Shown: positions 12,640 to 23,304, counted from the stretch's first letter. The stretch is 64,000 nt of DNA from Octopus sinensis (GCF_006345805.1 NC_042999.1:135222001-135286000); one strand, 5' to 3'. The notes: a model not told the origin generated them from the letters alone. Numbers and translations: made by a program.

Positions 12640-13155
12640 TACATACATCGTAAAACAAAGCTACCAAAAGAGAAAGAATCGCACACCGTTTTGTCCCAAA
12701 CGCAAATATGCAGATTTTGCATGCACTACTCCAAACGACCAGCACAGTCCACATGTAGTGCAAACGGCAGCAGCTGAGCAAGAATCTTTTTTATGCATAG
12801 GGCAAAAGATCGTGCATCAACTGATCTAGTTATATCAAATTAAGAAATTCAAAGTTATGTGCAGCAATATAAGAAAGCAATACGATCGACACATCTTGGA
12901 TGGTCACCATTGATACCGGCTCAGTTGTCACACCAGTACTCTTATTAAATATTAGAGACCTATTACAACCCAGTAACAGAAGCTAAATTACCTTCGTGAG
13001 ATACATCGTCGCCTGCAGTCAAGCTCTTTGCATAGCTCTCACTGAAACGCATCTAAGACACGAAATAGCAGCTTCAGAACTATAAAACTATGTTGTATTA
13101 CAAACTGAGACAAAGGAAAGGAGTCACAGTGGAGTTGCAATGTATATCAGGGAAA
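12640..13155 (+). mobile_element. CR1-clade LINE, 5' portion (ORF1 end and start of the AP endonuclease)
   Basis: Degenerate LLLNIRDL...CIALTETHL.HEI...YVVLQTET..RSHSGVAMYIRET, matching the endonuclease ETWL...GGVA.Y pattern. Confidence 0.65.
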
Positions 13156-13691
13156 CCTGATGCTTCAAACCCTTGTAGTGGATCTTGCAAACCCTTCAAA
13201 CCCTTGTAGTGGATTCGATCCACCACAGCCAAATTTAAATTAACACTGCAACAGAACTTTTCCCACGGTGGAACAATGGTTTTTCTCTGACAGCAGTTTT
13301 ACATTTTCCAGATGCCTTTAGCTAGGCTGAAATAATGTCTTCACCACTTGACCCTTTCTAACCTCTTCTACTTCACCAAAAGCTAGAATAGAGATAACAA
13401 GAACACCAACTAAATCTATTGTTCTCAATGATATATCTATCCTTCTGGATAGTTATAAAAGCAAGAACACCCCAAGCAAAAATCAATCGGTGACGATTCA
13501 ACGAGTCCAGTCAGCCGGTGACGACTCAACCAGTTAGTCACTCCGGTGACAACGAAGTCTGGTTGACCAGCTAGAACCTTGGTCTGAGGGAGAAGTGAAG
13601 TTTACTGTCAGTAACTGTGAGACAACACCCTACAACTCTCACTAGCTCTAATTCTATTCTCTTACAACATCATTCTATCTCTCTCCGAAAT

Positions 13692-14150
13692 CTCTATATC
13701 TATAAACGGCAAAATGTTTGTGTATCTGTGTGTCCTTTATACAAATCCACAGTTTTTCACGTAAAAGGCTCACATTTTCTATGGGCTTTCAAAAATGTCT
13801 GAGGGTGGTCGTGAAGATCTTTTCATTTCCCCAGTCATCCCAGAAAGCCATTAAAAAATTTATAAACCGACCCCTTATGCCCATAAGTTATGGGCATATC
13901 CATTCAAAATCGCTAAAACATAGAAATTTGTACGCGGTGTGTGCGTACAGCTAGATATGCCAATAGACAGCCAGCTGTTTTTTGATTGGACAGAGATAAT
14001 TTTACTCTTGGCAGTTGAATGCGCGTGCGCATTTGCAGACAGTCTGTATGACTCAGCTCATTTTTGTGTCTTGCGAAGACGCGTTATCACGTGTTTTAGC
14101 TTTCAAACCTGCACGCTTTTTCGATTTGAGAAATGCAGGGAATAATTAAC
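13692..14150 (+). mobile_element. Non-autonomous Helitron-like 5' portion
   Basis: Starts tctatatctataaacggcaaaatgtttgtgtatctgtgtgtcc, a typical TC-TATA..-(GT)n Helitron-type 5' end. No clear CTAG 3' end was seen. Confidence 0.4.
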
Positions 14151-14939
14151 GAGTTGGGATCCCCAAAGCTACATTCCTCAATGGTCCTTAATCCAATGCA
14201 GTCGTCCTCCTCCGAAACAAACCCGCCATGCACATCTCCACAGCCATGTCATTTAGAACCCCTAGGATGTGTTAGTGATAGATCGGGATTAGAAGCTGCC
14301 TATTAGAGGCTCCCTAGCCCTCTTCCGTAAGGTTAGTCTAGGTTTTAGTTGAAGGCTTAGTTGTGTTCCGAACCTAACCTCCTCCGTTTCAGTGGATCGG
14401 GAGCCCAATTAGCCTTCCAGCGAAAAGGCATACCTATTATTTATACCTTAGTTAACCTTGATGTCTTTAGTGCGTCATGAACTATTTACTTTACTGCGTT
14501 ACTTGCTTCAAAGCGTGATACTCATAAAATCACTTTGAATGCTGTTTTTTTGTGCTCTAATTGCTCTGCCTTTTCGCCGGAATCAGCACTTTTCTTCCCA
14601 CCATTGCTATTCACTCATAGGACGAGGGGGTTAAGTGAGGGGGGGTGTCAAAAGGGCTGACATGTGCAACTTGATCATCTCTGCCAGTCAAACTCCCAAC
14701 CTATGCGTTTCTGTAGCGAGACTGATTGCGCAGAACTGGGTTGGGTTTGTAAAACCAAAACTCAACAAACGAGATTTATGTGTATTTTCAAAATCATGCG
14801 CATGCTTGATTAGATGCAGGAGAGTCACCTTAACACTGCCCAAACCCACCATTGCTCCCTAAAAAGCTAGTGGTCACTGTATAGTAGTCTGTGAAGGGAG
14901 TCATTTATTACTCATTTTTGCAACAAGGAAAAACATATA

Positions 14940-16245
14940 TACGACCGTACGTAAGGAGTTGATGACAAATGTCTCCTTTTTGTACACCGCACGGTCGTCC
15001 CTAACAAAATATAAGCCAAATACATAATATAGAATACAGTGCCAAAAGGAATAAATGAGGACAACAAACCGTTCTACTGTTTGAAAGAAGAGATTTTATT
15101 TACACAGTGTACAAAGTGAAAGTGTTGTGAGTGCTAGCGTAGTGTTGTGTATGAATGCGTGCGCATAGTATTTGCGTCTGTGTGTTCGTGTGTGCGACAG
15201 ATACAAATAAGGTGAATGCGTATAACAGAAATACAGAATACAGAGCATAAGATAAGTTCTCAGCATATTGAGTTAAGATGGAATTAGTTTACCAGTTCAT
15301 GAGGTACACAATAGTAAGTTCTATAACAAGATGTTGCCGGTCAGTTGGCAGAGGCCGGTTACTACACGTGTAGAAGTTGTGGCCTCAATGCCATGCACGA
15401 GTCTCTTGATATAGATAGTTCTTTCAGGTAGACTGACTGTTTCTTCTCGGTGAAAGATTTACGCAAACAGCGTGGAGTTAAACCTGTGCGAATGTTGATG
15501 TGTACATGTTGTTGTCGACGGAGATGAAGACGATGTAAAGTTGAAGTACGACGATGATGATGATGGCGGCGGAGATGGAGAACGTCCTGTCGGTCGCTGG
15601 GGTATAATAGCGTCTTCATGACTGGAGCAGTAGCATGGTTGGCTAGCTGGTCGTCTGTCGCTGGAACTGGAACATAGCTGAGTAGCTCTGTGGTCAGTGA
15701 CTAGACCTTGAAAGGTCTAAAGTCGAAAGATGTAGAATAGTGAAAGCTGGCTAATTTACAGGGTTAAAATAGCTAAAACGAAGCAGGCCTTATCCGAAGG
15801 CCGTGATTGGTTGGCTTTACACACTGGCGCGAAATAAGTAGAGAGACAAACTGCGCTAGATGCCAACCAATCAGATCAGTGGACACAACAGGGTCAAACT
15901 AGCCAAAGGTGGTTGTAATCTCAAACGAGATCATTCCTAACGTGTCTCTCAAACGGTGAGGATATCAGATACGCTACACTATTTTGCGGCCAAATTCGAG
16001 TTTTTCGCTTTTTTCTGCCTCCTTTTTTGTCCGACTATTGGCATGTGCACAGTCCCGCTAATTTTCCATGATTATGCCGTTCCAGGTGTGAAAACCGAAG
16101 TCCAATGAATATTAATTACTCTCATAAAAAGCTCCAACTAGCTCATAAACAACAAAACTGGCCCGGGCTGAAATGTGATAATGCAGAGAACACAAACATC
16201 ACTTCGCATGCTTTTGGATTTATCATAACCTGCTCGTCGAGGCAA
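14940..16245 (-). mobile_element. LTR-like sequence (possible solo LTR)
   Basis: CpG-rich and without a convincing ORF. On the minus strand CCAAT-like boxes precede an AATAAA and a T-rich tail. No target-site duplication was confirmed. Confidence 0.35.
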
Positions 16246-16250
16246 GGTAT

Positions 16251-16418
16251 TGTAACGTACGGTAAATAAATATTCCCTTAAAAACTTCATGCATTGTTCA
16301 TCTTTCACATCTCACAACTTGCCGTTATAACAACAAATTTTTATCGTTACAACTGCTGACTCCGACATTTCATATTATTATGTACTTAATCAACCCTAAC
16401 CGTTACAATTGGCGACCC
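16251..16418 (+). mobile_element. Very short LTR-like unit followed by a PBS-like sequence
   Basis: TGTAACG (16251) ... CGTTACA (16407) inverted termini, then TGGCGACCC at 16410-16418. Confidence 0.45.
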
Positions 16419-16431
16419 TCGACTTCAACTA

Positions 16432-17630
16432 AAACTTTATCGACTCACCCTGTTGTCATACTTAAGCTCAATATGTAATACTAATTGTACATATAAAACA
16501 ACTTGAGATAGTTGTATGTACAAGTTTGAAAACTGCCTCACAAAAATAGAAGTTCTCGCCAAATTTGAACAACACATCGGTGTACTTCTTATGAGAGACT
16601 TCACCTTGCACAACATGGGATGACCCAAGTGCCTTTCTCTCTCAGGAATGATGCTGTGCAAATAAGAACAAGTGGAGTCCTTGCTCAACCTCACCAATAA
16701 ATTATTCCAGGAGCAAGCAGTGCCCCAACCAACCAGGGGAAACAGTTCACTGGATCTCAGCTTCCCCCAAAAAATACAGATCTCATCCATCATGTAAAAA
16801 TGATACCAACGCTAGTCTCGGGTTACAACGTAGGGGAGCTGGTCATATATCGATCAAAGGAAACCGAAGACACCAGCTTGCGTGTCTAAACACCCAAAAT
16901 CTATCCTGTCTGAACTTCCATAAAGCAAAAAGAGATCTGTCTCTCCATACCAGAGATCAACATGAAACTTAAATAATTCATTTCTGTAATGCAAGTCATA
17001 TGCCACAAATTTGATCCTGAGAGAAAAGCCACAGTACAGAAAAACAACATTCCCTGAGAGAGGAAAGTTCTTATGAGACGACGTACAAAGATTGCAAACC
17101 GCCTAAATAAACAATTTAAGCGTCACTAGAAAGTGAGAAAAACCTGTAACACCCCCATGAAAAAGAGCGAGTATACAGAGAAGTGTGGGTAATAGGAAAT
17201 ATAAAATTAATCCCTAAAAGCTTCTTTAAATTTGCCAAAGGAACAGCTTCAGTACATTGAAGGGTAATGATGCTTTCCTAGAAAGACAGTTCCCTCAGAG
17301 CAAACCCAATGAGTTTAAGTGAAACACTGAATGAACAATTCAAGTGTTTCGTCTCCCTAGGATACATGCAAGTAAACAAACCGGCAGAGTTCTTTGCAAT
17401 ACGGATGTAAAAAGGCATAGTCGGAAAAACTAGGAGAATGGCTGCAGATTCTCTAAAAGAAGTCGGGCAGTAGTAACCAACCTATCAGGGCTACTTAAAT
17501 GGAAACAGACACAGTGAGTGGTGTTCCACAGGGCACTGTCTTGGGACTGTTGTTCTTCATAATGACCTATGTGAATCATAATGCATTGTTTCATATGTAT
17601 ATTACAAACCGAATAACAATATGCAGACGA
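16432..17630 (+). mobile_element. CR1-clade LINE, continuation (endonuclease to partial RT, internally deleted)
   Basis: Degenerate motifs in order: LIVHIKQLEIVV, LMRDFTL (GDFNL-like), QPTRGNSSLDL, NPKSFFKF, TLNEQFK, VSGVPQGTVLG, YADD. Confidence 0.8.
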
Positions 17631-18463
17631 CTAGTGAGATGGATTCTTTGACCATTCAGAACGAGAAAATAAGAAACTATATTGGTCCTATACAGGACAT
17701 TTATTCTCAGCTGTCCACACTTTTATTCTCAACTATAGTCGTCATCGACTTATATATGCTAGAATGAATATGATGTTTTGTAGACTTGGCAATCTGTCGT
17801 CATTTGAACAATGAAGATGGAGGAGCAATATTTCTGTGAAATTCCGTTTTAAACTTATACGAGATGTTTCTAATGTTACAACAGACCCATGTGGGGAGGA
17901 TTGTTTGGGCAGTTTGCAATCCAGCCGGTGATACCAGCATTTTAAATTGGGTGGGGGATATCCACCAAAAATGATCCCAAATATGGATGACCTTCCATGA
18001 CAACAAACGGTGGTAACTTTGCACAAGTACATGCTTGTGATAGTAAAAATCAGCACCTGATTATTTGTGAATTTTCCAAAGACCTAAGAATTCATGCTAC
18101 ATGATTTAAAAAGAAAAAAACTGAAGATACATTGTGTTGTCAAAAAATTCTGCTGACAACTGAACAAATAGTCTGTCAGGAGCCGTTTGATTGTTTCAAA
18201 TACCACTGAAAACATTCTGAAAAGTGGCGTAACAGAATAATAGATGATGAAATGTACGTACAGCGACGATATATTGAAATAAAAGAAAAACAGTCGTTGC
18301 ACAGCGTTAAGATGACCATTACCACGACCAAAAAATTGAAAAACCAAAAAAAAAAAAAAGAAATGGGAGAAAAGAAGAAAAGCCCATCCGAGTCTCTGAA
18401 ATGTGTATGTTAGTGTAACGAAGAGGTCCGAAATCTGACGATGATGGAGTCATCGGACATAAC

Positions 18464-18501
<38 letters not shown>

Positions 18502-19149
18502 CTTGCAGAGTATGTCTTCTTGTTGAGAAGTGTGTAACTCAAAGGCGAAGTTTCAAACAACATGATTTATTTTCTTTACATTTACAATTATAAATCAACC
18601 ACATCGGATCGATGAAAATCAACATAATTTTAACTATGCATTTGTTGACAATCTACTTAGCCTTGTGAAATTATTACTGAGGAAATGGTATGTGACAGAT
18701 GGGATAGAAAGGGTAATCTGTAAATGTGGAAGACATGACAATTAGATTAATCAAGTGTGAGAAGATGAATGTCAGTGTGAAAGAAATAAGTGGGAGAGAA
18801 AAGAGAGATGCTAATAAGTAGTTTTCGTTTGACCCAGAGACGTCGTTTCTCGTTCAGCCCCCAAACCGTCTGCAACAGGCTGTCACGATCGCAACCAAGG
18901 AACAGACCCCTTTGGCTGGTCAGCTGGTCGTATTTATAACAGTCTGTAGTCGATAGAAAGATGGACAAACCTTAGCTAGATATTCAATTTAGATCCGGTT
19001 CATCTGAACTTAATTTCATCTAGTTGGTCATTAAAAACTCATCAGTCATTGTTTCAATTGACAGGACAAAAAAAGTTTTTCCTGCCGCAAACTGATTTGG
19101 CGGGCGAAAGTGCGACCAGTAAATTCTGAGATGCGGTTTCAAATGCCAG

Positions 19150-19450
19150 GCGACAGAACTGATATTCGTTCTTTACATTATGTTTATAGTCTCTTTCTGA
19201 TGGGGATGGGTCGTTCACCAAGAGTTTGTTCCGCATGGTCAGGTGATCAATAAAAATTTTACTCGGATACCTTGAGGTGTTGAGGACATATACAACCGCC
19301 CTACACTTTGGAATTGACTCCTGTGAACATTTTTTTTGTCTCTTAAATTTGAAATCTACCCTAAATGATCGCTAGTTACCAACATTATGTGAGATCGAAT
19401 AAAATTCGCTACAATGACGTATCACTCTTGAAAATGCATTCCAAAAGTGT
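19150..19450 (+). mobile_element. Mariner transposase remnant, internally deleted
   Basis: VVHQEFVPHGQVINKNF followed by a decayed YSPDLAPCDFFLFPKLK-like segment. Confidence 0.55.
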
Positions 19451-20774
19451 GTATGTGTGGGGGAAAACGTTGGGATCGGTGTATTATTAACTGAGGAGGG
19501 AACTAATTTGAAGAAGACAAGTCTAACTAAATTAGGTAGTTAAGCAAGAGAGTTCTATTCATTTATTTTTAAGAAAGACTGATTCGACTTTGAACATGTC
19601 TCATGAATGTGCGTCTATTTATTTTGCGGTTTCCGAACTTCACGATTCCGGCCTCTTACGCGCGCGCACACATAATTTCTATAAAGAAGAAGCGACTTAT
19701 GCTTGGTTTGGCTTCTACAGACTGAAACGAATCTTTCTTTTTTTCATAATCCCATTCCCAATTTTCTTAATCGTTAATAATTATCTCATAGACCTAGATT
19801 CCCAGAAGTTCAAAACAAATCTCTGAAAAATGTTTTATAAAACAAAGACAAAGGCACAGAGACAGGAATGGGCAAGGTCCGAAACTCCGCAATGCTTTTC
19901 AAGAGAAGAATAAAAGTGTTAAATGAAATTTATGCGTTTAATTAAAACTCTTGTGAAAAGTTGTCTGATTAGTTCTTCAGTTTCATGGTTGGTTAGGTTA
20001 TTTATTAATTTAGTATCTTGTAACAGCCAAATCTCTCTGGACAGATAACCAGTCGTCTCAAAATAAAAAAAATTTAAATTGTTGAATATGGGCAATACTT
20101 CAAATTACAGTTATAAACTAATAAAGAAAAAAAGGCAAGCAAAATACAAACGTCGTTAAATTTTCTAATGCTTATTTAATAGCTATTTGATAAATAATTT
20201 CAAGTGATAAATGATTTATATATAATTATATAAAATGTATATTTACTAGGAACGGTAATGTTTAAGCCACCGACTCTTTGCAAGAGTTATACGCAAAGTT
20301 TCTTATTTCCATCCCTTATACAAGAGTTTAATCGAGTCACAACTATTTCGAATCAAAGAATACAAGAATGCATATTTATACAAATATTTTTATATTTACT
20401 TTTGAATTCAAGGCTATTATGAAAGATCCCCAAATACACAAGATCCTAGATACACAATATTTGAAATAACACAAAGAATTTTAAAAACTACTGGGTCTGC
20501 TTGGACAGGTGCTAAGTTCTAAACAACACAACGACGGAATCGCGACGTTGTCGCTCGACCTACCAGAAATAGCTGCCAAATCCTTCAAATCATACTTCAA
20601 CATCTCATACAAGAAAAGGTCACACGAAAGAATAGTCTAAGACATTCTTAAAAAAGACAGAATGGGACAAATACTAAGGTTACAAAGATAAATGAAGGAA
20701 CACTCAATCTAAAAACATAAACTATGAAAACTTTCTGACCATTTTCTTATAATATGCAACATGGATCTACTTAC

Positions 20775-20805
20775 CGATAACTCCTCCTGGCATGGTAAAC
20801 GGCAT
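20775..20805 (-). CDS. B3GALT: Probable first coding exon of the galactosyltransferase (MPFTMPGGVI+G)
   Basis: AAA-ATG start with an in-frame TAG just upstream, and a strong donor gtaagt at 20774. 31 nt is phase 1, which matches the phase-1 acceptor at 8612. The join gives a 326-aa type II membrane protein, MPFTMPGGVIGKKKILIWMTIFII... Confidence 0.62.
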
Positions 20806-21285
20806 TTTCTTAAGGGAAAATTAACAGTAGACCTATCTCTGAGAGATAGTGAGGTAGTCTGCGATCGAATCACGGAATCAAATCATGGAGAAGGATAAAT
20901 GTTGAAATTTCTTTTGTATTGTAGCCGTTTAAAAAAAAAAAAATTATGTCCAACAGTAGCAGCATCGACTTTTCATTCTTGGAAACTCTGCGAAGGGAAT
21001 AGGCACCGTCAGGACCAATAAAATAAAAGCTATCTAATCATAGTTACTAAAGTAAATGAGTAAAAGATTAAAGTAAGAAAACAAATCCTGAAAAAGATAC
21101 GCCGTATGTAACAAAACGAAATATGTTACTTAGAGAGTTAATAATTCAATTAGTGATGAGGCGAGGGGACGGTGAGAAAAAAAGGAGTGATAAAAGTTTA
21201 AGCAGAAGCTATGAAGAATCACCGGTGTTATCTTCTTCCTCATTTCTTTCTCTTTCTCAGCATCTTCCAACCTATTTATCTCGTA

Positions 21286-21295
21286 ATATGGCCGA
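21286..21295 (+). promoter_or_regulatory. YY1-like motif (AATATGGCCG) in a CpG-retaining region upstream of the galactosyltransferase first exon
   Basis: Resembles AANATGGCG/C and lies about 480 bp upstream of the predicted ATG. A single short motif is weak evidence. Confidence 0.2.
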
Positions 21296-21514
21296 GAGAA
21301 AATATCAACACACTAAATATGAGTAGAGTAACACATGTAATATAATGAGTTGAAAAACTTCGTTGAACTGAAATTCTTGCCATCACAAATCCTTGAAAAT
21401 AAATGTATTAATCTACGTTTTATGTATTAAATTCCTTAATGTGTGGTTAGTCGCCTTAATTTTGTACTTAGGTAATTAAATATATAATTGCGTAGATTAT
21501 ATATTTATATATAC

Positions 21515-22118
21515 TTTTCTACTCTAGGCACAAGGCCCGAAATTTTGGGGGAGGGGGTTAGTCAATTAGATCAACTCCAGTACGCAACTGGTAATTAAAT
21601 TATCGACGAAATACCTATTTCTTTACTACCCACAAGGGGCTAAACACAGATAGGACAAACGGATTAAGTCGATTATATCGACCTCAGTACGTAGCTGGTA
21701 CTTATTTAATCGAACCCGAAAGATGAAAGGCAAAGTCGACCTCGGCGGAATTTGAACCCAGAACGTAGCGGCAGACGAAATACCTATTTCTTTACTACCC
21801 AAAGGGGCTAAACACAGAGAAGACAAACAAAGACAGACAAACGGATTAAGTCGAATATATCGACTCCAATGCGTAACTGGTACTTATTTAATCGACCCCG
21901 AAAGGATGAAAGGCAAAGGCGACCTCGGCGGAATTTGACCTTAGAACGTGACAGCAGACGAAATACCTATTTCTTTACTACCCACAAGGAGCTAAACACA
22001 GAAAGGACAAACAAGGACAGACAAACGGATTAGGTCGATTATATCGACTCCAATGCGTAACTGGTACTTAATTTATCGACCCCGAAAGGATGAAAAGCAA
22101 AGTCGACCTTGGCAGAAT
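21515..22118 (-). repeat. Tandem array of about 180-bp units derived from SINE family A
   Basis: Three head-to-tail units, each starting gaaatacctatttctttactaccc (about 21608, 21777, 21960), CpG-rich, preceded by a partial SINE. Confidence 0.85.
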
Positions 22119-22181
22119 ATATATACATACATATAAGTTTGAAAACGCCACTATATAAGATAAATTTTAATTTTCTTAGAA

Positions 22182-22229
22182 ATTTTACATGTTTCGGTTC
22201 TTCTTGAAAAAACGAACCTTATCAAAAAT
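22182..22229 (-). ncRNA. Minimal type-I hammerhead ribozyme-like motif, U3-A8 core variant
   Basis: Minus strand reads attt-TTGATAA-ggttc(13 nt)gaacc-GAAAC-AT-GTA-aaat. Stem I is 4 bp, stem II is 5 bp, and stem III is the palindrome ACATGT. Confidence 0.55.
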
Positions 22230-22811
22230 ATTTTAAAAAGTTAAGTGTAATAAAAAAGTTCATAATTGTTTCTTACTGGTCCCAACAGAATCCACGTGGT
22301 GGTGTTTTTGAGTAAGCATAATAGCTGTAAATTTAAAGTTAAGTGTAATAAAAAAGTTCATAATTGTTTCTTACTGGTCTCAACAGAACCCACGTGGTTG
22401 TTTTTTGTGGGGAATAAGTATAATAGCTGTCTTATGTGTTCGAATGGTCAGTGGCTGAAATGGCAGTAGCAGCAGTGACTGTTGGTCGTAGTAGTAATAA
22501 CCGTGGTGGTAGTAATTAAAATTTATCTTATATAGTGGCGTTTTCAAACTTCTTTTTTATAACTATATGTGAGTGCCTTGGATACCAATTCCTGGATTTT
22601 TACACCTACGGATTACTGTTACCATTCTTCCGGAGTACGCCACTGAAATCGCGATTGGAAATCAGAAAAATTTGTCCGTGACTCTTCCACTTTTTCCTCG
22701 TCCTCTTTTACCTTTCTTCTTCTACTTCCACTTTTCCACTTGTGTCGTCTTTGAAAGAACTTTTCTTCACCGATTTCCTTCCGGTCATTCAAAATGTGAC
22801 CGTGTGCCTAT

Positions 22812-22846
22812 GTTTCCGACGAAGAGCTCCGCTCGAAACGTTAAAC
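22812..22846 (+). ncRNA. Minimal hammerhead-like motif (core CCGACGA) in a Penelope-type terminal repeat
   Basis: gttt-CCGACGA-a-gagc(tcc)gctc-GAAAC-GTT-aaac. Stems I and II pair, stem III is palindromic, and U4 is replaced by C. Confidence 0.45.
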
Positions 22847-22933
22847 CCTCCTTCTTTCCTGAGCGTCCAATAATACTATATTTGTTCCACGTCCTCGCGT
22901 TGTTGTGTTTTTTGTGCTTTCTTGTTTGGATTA

Positions 22934-22937
<4 letters not shown>

Positions 22938-22986
<49 letters not shown>
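22938..22986. repeat. (TA)n microsatellite
   Basis: Direct reading. Confidence 0.95.
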
Positions 22987-22991
<5 letters not shown>

Positions 22992-23085
22992 ATAGGTTTA
23001 GCTCGTATACGAGTAGGTATATATTTGTAAAAATGAAGTTCGAAAATGCTGCTGTATTATACAATTTTTAATTTTTATATATACA

Positions 23086-23128
23086 TTATAACATGTTTCA
23101 GTTCCTGAAATGAACCTTATCAAAAAAA
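23086..23128 (-). ncRNA. Second, more decayed U3-A8 hammerhead-like motif
   Basis: TTGATAA-ggttc(atttcag)gaact-GAAAC-AT-GTT. Stem I is largely lost. It lies about 180 bp downstream of the Penelope-like ORF. Confidence 0.4.
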
Positions 23129-23164
23129 GTTATATATAAAAAAAGACAGCTCATGCCGTCAAAC

Positions 23165-23304
<140 letters not shown>

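Noticed and set aside
15362-15619. His/Arg-rich 85-aa ORF (RRHHHHRR)
   Set aside because: It comes from short cat/cgt repeats inside an LTR-like block, with no splice signals or family motif.
18434-18460. ctgacga-tgatg..catcg hammerhead-like start; also ctgacga..gaaac at about 27337-27360
   Set aside because: The first lacks GAAA and the second lacks stem II and lies in a MITE arm.
18084-18970. CpG-containing blocks that could be extra 5' exons or a promoter (87-aa and 73-aa minus ORFs, tataaata at about 18935)
   Set aside because: No convincing paired splice sites or protein motif; needs transcript data.
21608-22118. CRISPR-like regular repeats (also 51165-51352)
   Set aside because: Whole units are homologous with no unique spacers, there are no cas genes, and the context is eukaryotic.
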